A stretch of DNA of 64,000 nt from Hormiphora californensis. Taxonomy: Eukaryota; Animalia; Ctenophora. Where the stretch lies: contig CM035352.1 of assembly GCA_020137815.1 (NCBI GenBank), positions 5,270,001-5,334,000 on the forward strand, in the 5' to 3' direction. Both the position numbers and the translations under genes were made by a program. Shown in pieces: positions 33,835-47,428 of the stretch. The notes below the pieces were generated by a model, which made no database searches, was not told where the DNA came from, and was given only the letters and a program-made list of their open reading frames with translations. Every line of letters starts with the position of its first letter. Position 1 is the stretch's first letter.

Positions 33835-36800
33835 TCAAAGGAGCGATGTTCGCTCTAGGTTTTCCATGATTATATGGTCTAGCACCACATTAAGGACAAC
33901 CTGCACCATATTAGTATCTGTGGCTGTTGTGAAATGAGGGTAAACCATCTTGTTTCGGTTTTGGTTTCTCTCTGTAAATTGTCCTTGTATGAACTTGCCC
34001 GCTGATTCGACATCATGATCTGGTCCTGAGTGAGAGAGAGGGAGGTTAGGGGAATGGAATTTGAACACAATACGGCATTCAGGGAAATATAAAATATGTG
34101 GATGACTTTTCTTGAGAGAATGAGATTCAAAGTTCGACATCATGTCGCGACATGTCGGTGCTGCAGGTGTGTGTGAGAGACACTGAGGGAGCGCGCGCTT
34201 GTTCAGTCCCACTTGCAACCACGCTGTATGACACGCGCAATCTCAACACAGTGCTGACAATTCAACTTTACATAAACGTGAAACTGCGCGCGGTCCAATA
34301 AAGGCAATCAAACGAACAAGGGTCCTCACGAGCTTGCTATCAGTATTTTGGGGCGAAGTGTTGTTTGTGCGACTATTTTATTGATTGATTGATCTCTCAT
34401 GTAAAGTGGTGGGAGATCGATTAATGAGCACCACGACACACTATCTCTCTCGCTATGTGTATAACAGTGCAGTACCTGAAAACCTTAGTATACTAAAACT
34501 AGCTTGATTAGATTACCCTGTATTATGCCAATTTCCCACCCTACATATTTATTTTCAACGGCCCTTGGTAACTGGATTCGTTGCTAGGGGGCGAGGGTGA
34601 ACCCTTATTGGGATGGATAACCCTCTCACCTGTGTAATCTCTCATGTATATTCTGAGGTGTCGCTTTGTATACATTATCTTCTCACGAAATAAGTCCACT
34701 TTGTTAAGAAATAGGATCTGAGAGGAAAATAGTATTGAAAGAACAAGTAAATAGAAAGTGCCCAGGTATCCCTCGTTGTATTGAATATTTTGAAGAGGTG
34801 GAAGTGTTATTCACCAATAGTTGGTACCAGCCAGATAACCAAATGGCCAGGAGTGGCTCACATTTCTAGGAAAATGTCTAGGAGCTAGAGAAGGAGAAGC
34901 CATCAAATTTAGGCCTTCATAGTACTAATTCCATACTCTGACATCAATTATACCATAAAAGGATTATCAATATAAATTTCAATATACCCGATCAAGATAT
35001 GAAATTAGAGGAAATTGAAAGTTTTGCAGTTTGATAGAAACATGAAGATACGACAAATTTGCTGCCTGTGATATAAGCCCATAAGACTAATCGTTCTATG
35101 ATTGAATGAGGTTGTGTCTATAATTGCTTACCATTGAAGTGGCCACGAAGAATTTGTTGTTGCAAATAGCCTGGAACAGTAACAAGGACTCATCCAATCG
35201 ATTCTGGGGAAAGGTGGAGGTATCATGGTGATGGGGGGATTATAACATGGGTGCCCTAATCAGACCCTGACGGGCAGCCCTAACCCGTCTTGACAGGCGA
35301 AATCGATTGTCGGTTTACGGTTATGGTTTCTCATAAACTGCTATTCAGAATATAAACGAAGATAGCAGTTTATATATCCGATGCTAAATTAACTCTCTTT
35401 TCCTTCGATAACAGATAAAATAACCATTCGATTTTGTTCTACAGTATTAAAGTGGGAGAAATAGAATTGGACACGATTGTTGTAGTTAGTAGAGTAATAG
35501 CTCTCCGAGCATTTTTATTTGTCCTTTTCCCGCTCTCAAAACACGCATTTATCGCTGGGGTGTTTTTGATAGGACGGGTCAACTTCTCTCTCTCCATTAG
35601 ATGTTAGAACATGTTAGAAACTGAGTATTTGGTTATGAAACAGGAAGTGAAACATACCGTTGTGCAATCCTCAAAGAGAGTCATATCATAGCCGCTCAGT
35701 GCTGCCACGAATAGCACAGCTTTAACGTCATCGAAACACTGAAATTATAATGATTTTTAAATAATTCACATCACGTAACACTGCTTTGATGATTTTGAAC
35801 ACATTGTGATAATCATATGAGAATGAGTTAGTCCTGTGTTACACACGGGCTCTATAGTGTGTGTGAGTGATTACTATAGGTACCAAACTCTACCGTCTGA
35901 GTTTGGATTTGTAGTTTCTAAAAAATGAAGCTTGCAATGGCTCACCTCCTTGCATTGGTATTAGCTCTAACCCACACAGGACTAACTCATTCTCATATGA
36001 TTAACACAATCTGAGCTACAGTAGCTCACACTGAATTTTATTTTTCTCTCTCTCTCTCTCTCTGTGAGGGTTCGGCAGAGTAACAAAGCTCAGTTAGATG
36101 TTCCTTTTTAGGCTACCTATATTGATTCCCTTGCATAAAGCAAGGTGATAGGGCTAAGTTTATCCAGCTTGTGCAGCATGCAAGGTGGCTTGAACACAAG
36201 AAAAAAATTAAGGTTGATCAAAGGAATTGTGTAATGAAGAGTTCATGAATTGTTCGGAGCATGGAGACTCAAATGAAGAGATGGAAAAAACAGCTATCCA
36301 TATTCTATAGCCGACCATGTTTGGGCTTTTAATCCATAGCCATAGACCTACCTGAATCCATTTTCTCCGTTCCGACCTCTGCCCGCCAACATCGTAGATT
36401 CTAGGGAGGGAGAGAATGGCAATTTAAACATCTGTGTTTGATTTGAAATTAATATGTATACCCCTCTGTTATCTGTGCGACTTCGTAACCAACATCTGTG
36501 TAGGATCATTAAGTGCATGTACGATTCTTTTTTGCGAAAAGGGTGTTAGTTAGACTCTAACTACACCCTTTTCGCAAAAGGGTCCGTGCGTCACGATTCA
36601 GCTCCATTCTCACCATCTCAACACCGACTTCAATGTGTTAGAGACCCCCCACCTATGTGACGCATGAAATTATGCTGATAAATTGAATAAAATCATTAGA
36701 GAGGGGAACGAACGTTAGACGGTATGATAACAGATAAGAAACGCCAAGCTAACCGAAGAGGATCTAGTGATTATTCCGAAAGAAAGTTCTAGCACTAAGC

Positions 36801-39229
36801 TGTCTCACCCAGTCGGATTCACAGATGAACAACCCAAACCAAGCTATTTTAATAGTTCTCTCTTGCATGTGCGAAGATAGGGAGAGACGTGGAATGAACC
36901 ACTCATTCTTGATTCTCTTCTCCCTAGCTAAACATATAACGGGGCTGTCTGGCGCCGCCGACCCCATCTGAGAATCAAATTGGGCGCCGCCAGGGAGGGA
37001 GGGGTTATTTTGTAACCAATAAGTCAAGTTTCGGTTGTCAGATATTGTATCAACCTGACAAGATCTCTCTCCCTCTGGCCTCTGCCTTGTCAAAATCATT
37101 GTTATAACCCACCCACGATGTACTGATTCAGCGAAGGGAGATGTCAGTACTGCACTGTTTTAATAACATCGGACCCATTAGACAGACTGAACAATTCAAA
37201 GGACGAATCAGCGCTACTCGATAGCTAATTGTAGAAGATTGCGTGCTTGTCACACATCAATATCGCGATATAATCACACTGCACGTACTTGTATGCCACG
37301 TTTTCAACACGTATTTGTGTCTCCGTGATTCCAGTCGTTCTGACCCGTGACCGTAGCACATCGTTACTGTTTGGAACGTAGTCTCGGCTCATTATTCTCT
37401 CCATATTTTCAAAGAAACTGAGGAGGGAACAGATGTGGTGTTAGTAAGGAAACAAAGAGTTTTTAGTAGGAGTGGAAGTAGTTAGCAACTGAAGAAACTT
37501 AGTAATGATTTGACTTGGTTAATGGTTTCTCTGTTCTCAGATCATTTATTCCTGGTAATATATTCCGTCCTACCCAATGCACTCTAACTCCCTCCCTCTA
37601 ACTCCCTCCCTCTATTTTCTAACTAATTCCTAGGAACCGGCGATACTTGAAAGTTTTTCTCAATTCGATCTTGATCTTCTTTTGAATGATCAAAATTTTT
37701 CGATTCGATCATTCAGCTCAAAATACTAATCGATTCGATTCGATTCGATTAGATATTATCGCCCGTTCCTACTTCTTCCCTCTCACCACTCCCCCCCCCC
37801 CCCCCTCTAATTTCTAACTACTTCCCTTCACCTGTACCATTTAATTTACCACATACCTACTTATTCAGTACTTACTAGGCAGCGGAATCGTTTAGCTGGT
37901 ACTCGAAACTCTTATCAAAGCTCCTCCTAACTCCCGCATCTTTCCACAGCTCCCGAATACCGTGTACCACCTCGGGAAACATGGTGGTCGTTCCCGGGAT
38001 AAAGGGCTCATGGGATGAGAGTACAACTTCTGCGTGTGACTGAATGGTAGGAGGAGGGGGTTAGGGATGTAGCAGTTAGCTTTGAAATGAGAGAGGGCAG
38101 CTGATCACGATTGCTAACACACCATTGTTATTGAAATGAAAGACGGAGTGTTGAGTGAGGTAATGGAATGGTGACTGACAGAAGAAGAAGATCAAAATAC
38201 CAGGAACCGACCGGGCGACTGATAACCAGTCACATGACCTAAATAACGTGTTCTGATTGGTTGTTTACTTGTTTCGGTCGGTTCCTGCAAAATACCTTGT
38301 TCCTGCTGACATCAAGCATGATTCTTAGCTGACCCATGCCATTTAGGACAACTTTCATTGATGATATCAGATTGTCACACACCGTCAACTGCAGAAAGTC
38401 CAGCGTTATATAACCTTATTTTGAGGAGGATTTGTATTCTCCTCCGCTCAATCTCTATTTCTCTCCCTACCTGTCAGGCCAATCATCTGACCATGACAGT
38501 AGAAATGAGAATAGAGTCTGACAGCTCCTTACTACTTTGCCAGTGTACATTGTTTTACCCACTACCCCTCGGTGTTCTCGCTCCCGGTTCTAAGTGGGTG
38601 GCTGACAAAGCATCCCTCTAGACAGTACTCAGTAGACCTCGTCAGATTTCAACATACAGTATGCAATAGGCCCTTTACCCTTACTAGCTACAAAAATGTA
38701 ACAACTTTTTCTCTCTTTATTAAAAGTAACGATCTAACCTTACTAGCTACAAAAATGTAACAACTTTTTCTCTCTTTATTAAAAGTAACGATCTAACCTT
38801 ACTAGCTACAAAAATGTAACAACTTTTTCTCTCTTTATTAAAAGTAACGATCTAACCTTACTAGCTACAAAAATGTAACAACTTTTCTCTCTTTATTAAA
38901 AGTAACGATCTCACCTTACTAGCTACAAAAATGTAACAACTGTTTCTCTCTTTATTAAAAGTAACGATCTCACCTTATAACTGAGGAGTTCCTTTTCAGA
39001 AAACCCGTTACTGTGAATAATCTTCATTTGCTTTACCAACGTACTTTTCCCGCTCTCACCAGCCCCTGAAAAGAGATATTTAGATGACTACCAGCAATCT
39101 GCAAAGACCCCTGAAGATGGAGAATATGGTAAATGATAGAGCGGGAGGGAAGAGGAGAGAGACGGGGAGAACAGGGGTGAATACACACATTTCGGCCTCT
39201 TTCTCTTTTTCTCTCTCTCTCTTTTCCAC

Positions 39230-39278
<49 letters not shown>

Positions 39279-41193
39279 CCACCCTTCTCTCTCCCTCTAT
39301 CCATACCTAATATCTCTTTCTCTATCCTCCCTTCCTTCAATATCTCTCCTTCTCTCTCTCATGATTACTGATTGGACGAGAAAGAGACATGACAGAATGG
39401 GGGTTGAGTACACACTCTTGCTGATTGGATAGGAGTGAGAGAGTACACACGGGGGCGTGTTCAGTATCACTAATTGGGTGTCACGTTATTGGTTGCTAAA
39501 TGGGGTGAGACATTTCCTTACATAGCTGGTAACCATGCATAGACACACGGTAGGGTAAACCGGGGCAAAATGGTTAACTTTTTACTTAATCGGTTCTCAC
39601 TCCCATTTAAAAAAAGATACAATGAAAAAAATTATATAGGATTAAAGTTCATTATTTTATCTTTCAAATAAGATAAATTTCAACTCTAGGGACCATCATT
39701 TACTTAACTAAATAACTAATTTAAAAATTTTGGTCGGAAAAATGGTCCGGGGCAATTCGGACAACACCAATAGGAATGCTTTATTTCGTCACGTGGGAGT
39801 CACGTGAACGTCCTCACAACACCAGAAGAAGATTCCCGCCTGGTGTTGTTAGAGGTGGGGGCAATTCGAACAATGTAATCTACACGCAATCTACACGCTG
39901 GTCGTTCTTGTTCGAATTGCCCCGGTATCACGCGTGATCACGTGGTACAAAGAACTGCACATCATTGGCCCGGGTGTTAACCAAATTGCCCCGGTTCGAA
40001 TTGCCCCGGTTGTTCGAATTGCCCCGGTAATCTTAATTTACCAGAATTTGGAATGAAAACATGCAAATATTTAAATAATTTTTATACCATCTGAAAGCTG
40101 ATATTATTAGCTTTCAGCTGGTTTTTTCAAATCGGAAATTGACCAACTTAAACCGGATCTAGAGCCTATTTAGTGGTAACGGGCAGGCTCGAACGAGCAG
40201 TTTTCTTCTGGAGATAGGATGACGTCATTATGATAGCTTAACTAGGTGAGAGACGGGCAGTACATTGTTCGAATTGCCCCGGTTGTTCGAATTGCCCCGG
40301 TTTACCCTAACAATGGAAACACGTTGGTAACGAAATTACCCCTCGTAGTAACTAAGGCATTGCGGTAGTAAGGCACGTTTTAGCGTGCCCGCAAGTTAGG
40401 GGTAATTTCGTAACCATGGTCACGGTAACACGGTAACGATGGCTACTACGCAACGGTTACTGTTAAACCAGTAATCCATCTACTACTACTGCGGTAATAC
40501 CTACTAAAAATACTGAACGTCGAGACACCCGGGTTCTAAGAGCATTAATCCTCTTTTGGGGCATATTGCAGTTATATGTACTAGAATTTAGGAAAATTGA
40601 AGGAATCTAACACAGTTGCTCTTCAGAAAAAGTACAGCCTCATTGTTGTGCAATTTGCCCATCTTTTTACCTTTTGAAGCAGCACGCCTGAACGACTAAT
40701 GTAATCATGATAATGTTTCACCAAAACCTAGTGTGTTAGTACAGATCCTAAACAGTTTAGGATCTGTACTAACCCAGCAATACCTTGTTGTGTAAGGGGT
40801 GAGAGAGGGCCCTCTCAACAAGTAATACCGGCATTTGTTGTTGAGTTCCCCCTTACTCAACAAGGTTGGGGACAATCAAATCAAAAAGATTAACTCGGAT
40901 GCCAGACGAATGCATGGCCGTTATATACGCACTGTAGAGCCAAGAGAGTCACATGTTGATCATGCTGGGGATACAACCTGGACAAAATTCAAAGAAATTT
41001 CTCGAGCTTTCAGTCCTTCGAACGAACACCGAATTACATACACAGGTTATAACATACCGAGAAGTTATAACATACCGAGAAGTAGCAGCTTGATGGTGTT
41101 CTCGTATTGCTTAGCATCCTGTAGTATCTTCTTGTCAATCAGCTCACTTCGTTGTTTCGCGGATTTATCCTCCACACTGAGAAAACACCCCAT
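33835..41193 (-). CDS. GNAV: Heterotrimeric G-protein alpha subunit, Gv class
   Basis: Ten phase-consistent exons from MGCFLS (41193; 118-nt first exon) through [53 protein letters not shown] to [33 protein letters not shown]. The helical-domain motif and the TTATDT/..ENL..SLL C-terminus match Gv rather than Gi/Gq/Gs/G12. Confidence 0.85.
35805..36010. repeat. Inverted-repeat element in a GNAV intron
   Basis: attgtg..aatcatatgagaatgagttagtcctgtgt mirrored by acacaggactaactcattctcatatgatt..cacaat. Confidence 0.7.
38201..38287. mobile_element. hAT-like MITE (CAGGAACCGACCG TIR, 8-bp TSD)
   Basis: caaaatac|CAGGAACCGACCG...CGGTCGGTTCCTG|caaaatac; related copy at 60633-60734. Confidence 0.85.
38678..38976. 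repeat. ~59-bp tandem repeat x5 including the GNAV exon-2 splice donor
   Basis: ccttactagctacaaaaatgtaacaac..aaaagtaacgatct(a/c)a repeated. Confidence 0.9.
39553..40307. mobile_element. TA-TSD MITE (Tc1/mariner/pogo-like) with repeated gttcgaattgccccgg motifs
   Basis: TA|GGGTAAACCGGGGCAA...TTGCCCCGGTTTACCC|TA. Confidence 0.85.
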
Positions 41194-43017
41194 CGTCACT
41201 CTCTCTCTCCACAGGGAGTTTAATATGGCGGTCTTGTGATCAGCTAATTGGAAAGGTGAAACGTTTGTGTAACGAATAGAGGTTTCTGAAATGGAAGTAT
41301 TGAGATTAAATTACAAGCAAAGAGAAATAAAGAGAGAGAAACAACTGTAGCACTTGTGCAGCGTGCGTGTGAAGATTGGGGTACTCCCTCCATCTCTCTG
41401 ATTCGTTCCCAAGCTTGCATAAAATATATGGAGCGTACGCGTAATCAGTACAAAATGTTGTAATAAAGTAAATTGATCCAAGACGAAATTAGGAGAAGCA
41501 TTGTAGGCACTAGGCCTTGAGTGCACTAAATTACACCAATTTATAGGCAATACAATAAAATGGTTGTATTGTTCATACTATTACTAGGGGCGGTGCAACA
41601 GCACAATAAAATGGTAGCCATTAATGCGTCATTTGCCCATATATACGCATCTCTCTGGCTCAATATTTCTAGCAGCTAGCTCTCTGTCCTGTTTGCTCTT
41701 CAACGTCCCGTACAGACACCACTCTACACTGTAGTTATTATCTTTCTCCCCTCCCTCCCTCTTTTCTCTCTTTCCCTCTCTTTCTCTCTTCTCTCCCTCT
41801 CTTTCCCTCTCTTTCTCTCTTCTCTCCCTCTCTTTTCTCAGTCTCTCCCTCTCTTTCTCTCTCCCTCTTAACTCTTTCTTACTTAAAAGAAACCACAACC
41901 TTTTATTTATTTATTGAACGCAAACTATAATAAAAATCCGACGCCCTGCTGCTGTGTATGCCACATGTGGAGTGGTCTCGCGTATAACAAACAACAAAGG
42001 GACGGATTTAATGCCCTCTCCTACAAGGAGAGGACATTAATTCACAAAAACATGAAGGCACACGCTCTGTCTCGTTCTCCAGAAAATAATGAAACTAAAA
42101 ATATGGTTCGAGCACTTCAGAAGAACTATATTTGTAGATCATTCATTAGCGCACTAAAACATAGAGATAGGGTCTTATCAAAGCAGAGACTAACATGACA
42201 AAAGATAATGCCCCTTTAATGTATATATTGGGGATCCCATCGTGCACGTGTGAGAGATTTGAGGACCTTGATCCGGATATCTTTACCAGTAATCTCTGAC
42301 AGTAACCGAATTGACACTAATCATTTTCGTTTTGACCATATTTAGGGTACTTTTTCAAAATATTCATTTTTCGAAAAGTAACCAATACCATTGAAATAAC
42401 TATCTACAGCATACCGCAGCAATGAGCCACCTAAATCGTGACATAATTCTTATTCTTATCAGACCCTCATCCAAGTCGTCTAACAGGTGTCACTTACATC
42501 TTTCTTATATCATGTAAGAAAGATAGCGGCTTTATGTGATAAACATCATTCATATCGGCTATAAAGTAAGGTTAGGGTTAGGGTTGGGGTTAGGCCTTGA
42601 CATTTCCTACCAGATAAACTTTGAATTAGGACTTTCTTAAGCCGCACGCTGAAGATTTAGTTCTCCAGCTCATAATTTTTTCCCTGCCCGGGTGGATGCC
42701 TACGGCATCCACCCGGATGCCTTTTTACTTTGTAAAAAGGCATAACAGGGTTAGAATTCGAAAACGATCGGTAGAGGGACCATTTTGGTCACACTTTCGT
42801 TGCGAGGGGCAACCCGGTACCACCCGGTGTACTCAGCGTAGCAACTGAGCCGTGTGCACAACAACAAGGTGCTCCTTTATCAAACACCTCATTGGCACAG
42901 TTTGATGGACGTGTGTGCGCGCGCCACTCAACAAAACATGAATAGCGCTGCCGCGTGTTTCGCGTGTTACATACACATTATCATCTTGCGAGTCGAGTGT
43001 GAGAGGTTAGATAAGTA

Positions 43018-43189
43018 CAGTCGGACCCCGATTTACCGGGATGCTCGGGGGAAAGGGTTTTGCCCGGTAAATCGGGGTGCCCGGTATATCGGAGTCAAAT
43101 ACCGTTACTTTCCTATATCGGGGGAAGTTTTTCCTCCCGGTAAATCGGGATTCCGGTAAATCGGGGCCCGGTAAATCGGGGTCCGACTG
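43018..43189. mobile_element. pogo/Tigger-like MITE (ACCGG subfamily)
   Basis: TA|CAGTCGGACCCCGATTTACCGGG...CCCGGTAAATCGGGGTCCGACTG|TA. Confidence 0.9.
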
Positions 43190-44925
43190 TAGTTAAGTTG
43201 GAATGTCAAAAGCTGGTTAGCAAGTGTTATGTGAGTAAACTAAGCTATGTGAGAAGTATACTGACAGTTAGATCGTATGCATCTCACATTACATTATGAC
43301 CAAGCCTTGACCCTGTTAACAGTGACACGTGAAACGGGAGGGCAGGGAAACACAGCATTATGAATACATATCAGCATTATGAATACGTATCAGCATTATG
43401 AATACGTATCAAATCAATCGTGCAATACATGAACTATGAACTTCTGTTTGAGGGTGTGTGTGTGTGGGTCTTGACCGTACATATGCCCACCCCCATCGGG
43501 GGCCGGTTACGTGCATGCTCGCAAATCCCCGGGTTTCGCGTTGTGTGTACGATGCTTGCTCGGTGATCATATGTACGATCTATATTTTTTTTGGTCTCTT
43601 CTTATTTGGACACAGATGGCTACAGTCGCATATTTCGGCTACATTTTCTGTTTTTTGTTTCTAATTCTAATTCTACATAATGCAATTATTCTTGTTTGCC
43701 CAAAATTTCCATTTTTTGACCAAAATCACCATTTTCTCTCTTCTCTCGCCATTGAAAGCGCTGCCTTAACCCATGGTCATAAGCATTTGCCAAATCTCGC
43801 CACGAAAGGTGTGCTGTGTGTCCTGGACAGAAACGCTGGACACACGGTAGCTTCGCCACTGGCTCTGACATCTAGGCCGTGTTAAAAAGGGCCACTTGTA
43901 TGTTTGTGGTAAATGGTCGTACATGTGCATGTTTATGAAAAACTTGCATTTTCTGACTTCTGAAAAAAAAAGAACTTGTACATGACCAACTTCTGACTCG
44001 AATAGATTTATCAGTTCAGTTTTCTGTATCCTTTTGTTTTTGTGGTTTTGTAAAATCGTATGAGATTGAGTTTGTAATTTATTACCAAACGTCTTCATGC
44101 TAATAAACAAAAATATAATTGCCTTGTTCGGTTTGAACAAAACAAAAACATAAATATAATTTAGGTTGTCCAGGAAATAATATCGCCTTACAATTATTTG
44201 TAAAAATACATTAGTTAGCGACTTTTAATTAGTTCTATCTTGTTCAGTAGACAATTGCCAGTCGGGGAAACACATTTAGAACTTCAAATCATATTTTCAT
44301 TGCCCATATTTGGGTAATTATCTGTCACCGGAAGTCGCTCTGCCGCTGAACGGGAGTTTTGAAAATTTTAAAACGTCGCTGGAAGGAAGCCATTTGAGTT
44401 TCCACAACTCTAAATGGCGTCAATTGATAGTCCATCGTCCAAAGATATAGTACCTTTGCGATTTTAGTCTCGACGCGTTGTATGGAAACGTCAAACTTAG
44501 TAAATCTACCACAAGAAAGTGAAAAAACGCAAAATTTAGCTCCGATTTTGGACCCAAAAATCGGGACTTTCGAAAAACCGCATTTTTTCACCTCACACGG
44601 CGTGCCTGGTGAAACTTTAACACGACCTAGCATGCTGTGGGAAACCACCACTTGTACGTGGTAGCTGAGGGTCTACAGAATGGCGCTACGGTGCGGGAAA
44701 AATCTGTCCAAAGCCCAAAAGTCAACATTACTACAGCTAAAAGCTCGGTTGGGAATATGAATTGCCGTCAAAAAATTTTTTAGTCGCCAATCCCATGAAG
44801 CCTGAAGCATCCCGGAAGAGAAAATTTCTGATTTTGACCAAAATGTTTTAGAGCTCCATAACTCCGAGACAAATAGGATCTGTGACTTCATTCACCACTC
44901 AAACGATAGATATTTGTCCAATAAA

Positions 44926-46098
44926 TAGTCAGGGCATATGATGCGGCATCATATGCCCTGACTATTTATTGGACAAATATCTATCATTGATGCCAAAATA
45001 AATTAAAAATGGGCATAATCGTTATCAAGCTAATTTCACTTCTAGTAGGCTCTATTAGGTCCCTAGAAACACCAAAAAAATTGGCCGCGGTTTTATCAAT
45101 GAAGAAGTTGGGTTTTTGGGCCACGCCCTTTTACCTTGCCATGCTACGCAGTCTGTCTATCGGCACTTACGCTCGCCCTTCGGGCTCGCGTAAGCTCACA
45201 CCGGGCCTTCGGCCCGGTGTGAGAGCTGACAGACAAGGAACATGTCAACTTTTACCTATGTTTTTAGCCTTCTGACGAAACCCAAAACGGGGCTTAGGAA
45301 AGGAGTAGAGACAAATCTAAGGACACTAAAATGTGTAGCGTCCTCGCATTAGTGGGGGTAGGTGCGGAAATTAAGTCTTTATCTAATCTGGTTAATTAGA
45401 TAATTGGATAATTAGATATGCGCATAACCGTATTTTGGCTAAATGGCTATAGCCACTTAGGAATGGGTTAGAGACTTTTCACTGGTGCCATTTTGTAGGC
45501 AATAGCCAAGTTATGGGGGGTCGACGTCGAACTTTTAAGCTCTATCTCCAACCGTTTGACCGCTATTTGACATTAAAGATGCTCAAAATGAGCAAAAAAT
45601 GGTAAAAAGCCCGATTTTGAGCATCTTTAAAGCCAAATAGCGGCCAAACGGTTGGAGATAGAGCTTAAAAGTTCGACGTGGACCCCCCATAACTTGGCTA
45701 TTGCCTACAAAATGGCACCAGTGAAAAGTCTCTAAACCATTCCTAAGTGGCTATAGCCATATAGCCAAAATACGGTTATGCGCATATCTAATTACCCAAT
45801 TATCTAATTAACCAGATGAGATAGAGACTTAATTTCCGCACCTACCCCCACTAATGCGAGGACGCTACACATTTTAGTGTCCTTAGATTTGTCTCTACTC
45901 CTTTCCTAAGCCCCGTTTTGGTTTTCGCCAGAAGGCTAAAAACATAGGTAAAAGGGCGTGGCCCAAAAACCCATCTTCTTCATTGATAAAACCGCGGCCA
46001 ATTTTTTTGGTGTTTCTAGGGACCTAATAGAGCCTACTAGAAGTGAAATTAGCTTGATAACAATTATGCCCATATTTTGTCATCATATGCCCTGACTA
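44926..46098. mobile_element. Fold-back element with ~460-bp arms, Academ-like termini
   Basis: aaa|TAGTCAGGGCATATGATG...CATCATATGCCCTGACTA|aaa; arms ~45009-45590 and ~45615-46073. Confidence 0.8.
45136..45248. mobile_element. 113-bp branched-hairpin mini-element inserted in the left arm of the fold-back
   Basis: 8-bp TSD cttttacc; ends TTGCCATG/CATGTCAA; absent from the right arm; two internal hairpins. Confidence 0.8.
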
Positions 46099-46306
46099 AA
46101 ACAAGCTTGGTGCAGTGAAACAGATACTCACAAAAAGAATTACAGCATTGTTTTCAACATATTTTTCGTTCAGCAGCAATATTAAACAATCAATAAAAGA
46201 AACACAGTATACACAAATAGAATACACGAAATACACAAATAGAATACACACGAAATACACACGAAATACACACGAAATACACAGTATGTTCTCGCAATGT
46301 TCATTA

Positions 46307-47428
46307 TTATTGTTGGCCCGATTCAGACTGCCTTATTTTAGAGCACGGGCTGAGTGCATGTGATCTGAAGACTGGCATCAAGATTGTGTAAATCAATGGG
46401 TTGACCATAGAGTTCAGAGAAACGCAGTAGACCTCCTGGAAATTGTTGAAGTAATCCAACTGATCGAAATCAAGGATCTCCTCATTGACGATTGTGTCTA
46501 GAATTACATAAACGAGAGGGGGGATGTTGAATATGATGTAGACCAGTGTCACCACAATCACTGTAAGGGTGTCCCTATTCTTTTGTGCGACACCCGTTGC
46601 TTGGCCAGTTCCATTTGGGGTGTTGTTGGACTTCACCAGGGCGTACACAGACAGGATACAGCTCACTAGGATAGGGAACACTGGGACTATCATGGGTATC
46701 GTTACCAGGGAGACATGGACAGCTAGTTGGACAGTTGGGGAGGAGGTGTCACTGAGGACATCTCCCACTATGTAAAGACACCGCACGTTGAAGGGATCGA
46801 AGTAGTACTGGGAGCCAACCTGAGGTAGGGAGAGATATTGCTGTGAATTAATAATTTTGCAAGTTTCAGATTTCATTTCAAATAAAGGATTGACTCAAAG
46901 CTATAATTTGAATAACAATATTCTCACCAAAAAAGGGAGGCATCCCTGTCCAAACTGTATAACAAAGTAGGTTCCTACAGCGATGTAAACCAGCCTATCA
47001 TTGATTATCTTGAAGGGCCACAGCAAGAACATGGTCCTGGTTATACTGAGGACCACCATGAGGAACACAGTCATCCTGGCACACACGTTCCACAACACGC
47101 CATGTAGGTTACAGAATATAGAACTGTCAAACCACATGCCAGTCCGGTAGTTGAGGTTTGCCATTGCGATAGGGAACATCATCAGACAGGTCAGGAGGTC
47201 CACTACCGAGATGAGCAGGTAGAGAACCTTGATCAGATCCTTCTTACTTCTAACAAATAATGTCAGGGCCATGCTGTTACCAATGGTTCCCAGGATCCCA
47301 ATCACCATACCCAGACCTCCATTAGTCTGGTCAAGTGCCCTGATCAGATGGTAGGGCATGTAGGGCATGTAGTTCTGCATGGGACTACTTGTTATTGCAA
47401 TATCCCATGGGTTCGTTGAGTTATCCAT
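46307..47428 (-). CDS. Orphan class A GPCR, two exons
   Basis: Exons 46928-47428 and 46307-46819 (phase 0): GTIGN (TM1), LISVVD (TM2), C..LSITRT (TM3), FNIP (TM6), NPLIY (TM7). Confidence 0.88.

Noticed and set aside
42570-42594. TTAGGG repeats as a telomeric remnant
   Set aside because: Only 3-4 imperfect units embedded in repeat-like DNA.
43450-44900. Possible large TE upstream of GNAV
   Set aside because: Repeat-like texture, but no termini, TSD, second copy or transposase ORF could be established.
45166-45223. cUUCGg tetraloop ncRNA on the + strand
   Set aside because: Stems pair perfectly only in the 3-nt-loop register (GAA on the - strand), favouring a DNA hairpin reading.
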